64,000 bases of DNA, from contig CALSUC010000001.1 in assembly GCA_943789445.1 (NCBI GenBank), positions 306,168 through 370,167 of the forward strand, in the 5' to 3' direction. A program made the position numbers and the translations under genes. Of the stretch, positions 63,005 through 64,000 are shown piece by piece. The notes below the pieces were generated by a model. It was not told where the DNA came from. It was given only the letters and a program-made list of their open reading frames with translations, and did no database searches. The first letter of the stretch is position 1, and every line of letters begins with the position of its first letter. Source of the DNA: an uncultured Gammaproteobacteria bacterium. GTDB taxonomy: Bacteria; Pseudomonadota; Gammaproteobacteria; UBA4575.

Positions 63005-63114
63005 GGCGATGATTGCGGCAGATGCGTGCTTACCAGCGACCGCTGGATAGGCTATTATCTGCGCTGATTTATTTTGACCCTACGATTGGCACCACTACAG
63101 TAAGAGAGAATGCG

Positions 63115-63336
63115 ATGAAAGAACTTAAAAAAACCGGTGAATTCACCATCTTTGAAAAAAAATCAGGTCGTTACGCAGTGAAAAATGCAGAGCGTAAGAT
63201 CGTCAGTGCTGAAGAAAAGCAAAAGATCTTATTAGAAGCAGGTCTGATCAAGCTGAGTGAGCCGAAAGCGGTGGCACCAGTTGAAGAAGCGCCAGCTGAG
63301 GAAGACGCTCCTGCGGAAGACGCAGCAGCCGAGTAA
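63115..63336 (+). CDS. small hypothetical protein with an acidic Ala/Glu/Pro-rich C-terminal tail
   Basis: 73 aa starting MKELKKTGEFTIFEKKSGRY. The ORF-track 5' extension is probably spurious. Confidence 0.4.
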   Translation: MKELKKTGEFTIFEKKSGRYAVKNAERKIVSAEEKQKILLEAGLIKLSEPKAVAPVEEAPAEEDAPAEDAAAE

Positions 63337-63434
63337 GTTTATACCCCATCACTAGTTTGCTGAGTGGGCCCTAATGGTTCACCAATAAGCTAGTGATGTT
63401 TTACTATCTTAAATTTAGAACAGAAGGAATTTTT

Positions 63435-63716
63435 ATGGCTAAGGCAAGCGCACGACATATCCTAGTTGCAGACGAACAGAGCTGTAACGATCTAAAGACA
63501 AAAATTGCAGAAGGCGCGGATTTCGCGGCGGTAGCACAAGAACACTCAAGCTGCCCATCAGGTGCTCAAGGTGGTGATCTGGGTGAATTTAGCCCCGGCA
63601 TGATGGTACGTGAGTTCGACGAAGTCGTTTTCAGTGCACCACTCAACGAAGTACAAGGCCCGGTTAAGACCCAGTTTGGTTACCACTTACTAGAAGTAAC
63701 TAATCGCAGCGACTAA
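63435..63716 (+). CDS. ppiC: parvulin-type peptidyl-prolyl cis-trans isomerase PpiC
   Basis: 93 aa; ARHILV ... GGDLGEF ... TQFGYHLLEV rotamase motifs. Confidence 0.88.
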   Translation: MAKASARHILVADEQSCNDLKTKIAEGADFAAVAQEHSSCPSGAQGGDLGEFSPGMMVREFDEVVFSAPLNEVQGPVKTQFGYHLLEVTNRSD

Positions 63717-64000
63717 GCACTAACTATCAGCATCACCATCAGCGCTTAGCCATCGGCTAGGAGCCGACCCTCAAATGATGCTGGGCAACGGTCGATGTCG
63801 ACGCTTGCAAAAAGCTAGCGGCATCGATCTGTTCTGCCAATTTCTCCTAATAAATAAAATCACTCTATCTGCTGGCTGTTGGTTAATGCTATGCACGCTC
63901 GCTATTGCTTCCTCTTGTCCTTGATTAAATTCCGGAACAGCTCCGTTCGTTCTCAATGTCATGATCAGTATTTTTTTAAAGGCGATAAATACCCTCGGTA

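Noticed and set aside
63771-63962. 63-aa minus-strand ORF at the window end
   Set aside because: Low-complexity composition and no motif. It is truncated context at the window edge, so the call is insufficiently supported.

Overview
This 64 kb window looks like a core chromosomal segment of a gammaproteobacterium, with gene order close to that of Pseudomonas. It is densely packed with housekeeping operons: yggT-proC-yggS divergent from pilT; gshB-tonB-yqgE-ruvX-pyrR-pyrB-pyrC'; rsmE, ahcY, metK; tkt-gap-pgk-pyk-fba; bioD; deaD; purC, purE-purK-yhdH; rpe-gph-trpEGDC; speD; coq7; rplM-rpsI; rpiA/ilvA; zapA followed by a 6S RNA; ygfB-pepP-ubiH-ubiI; ppiC. I found no transposases, integrases, CRISPR arrays, tRNAs or rRNAs, and no recognisable defence island. 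All calls come from reading the translated ORFs and the DNA by eye against remembered family motifs; no searches were run. I did not find convincing evidence of a new multi-gene system. The most noteworthy items are: (1) a lysine/alanine-rich histone H1-like gene made of about twelve nearly identical 36-bp in-frame tandem repeats, with an HU carrying a lysine-rich N-terminal tail elsewhere in the window; (2) a PyrK-like FAD/2Fe-2S electron-transfer subunit translationally coupled to a non-catalytic dihydroorotase-like PyrC' at the end of the pyrR-pyrB operon; (3) a candidate Trp-containing leader peptide and attenuator between gph and trpE; (4) a 6S RNA (ssrS) on the minus strand downstream of zapA; (5) a tight three-gene operon of small uncharacterised proteins that includes a DUF2384-like (antitoxin-like) protein and a YkgJ-family Cys-cluster protein; (6) a fused LplT-Aas protein of 1137 aa.
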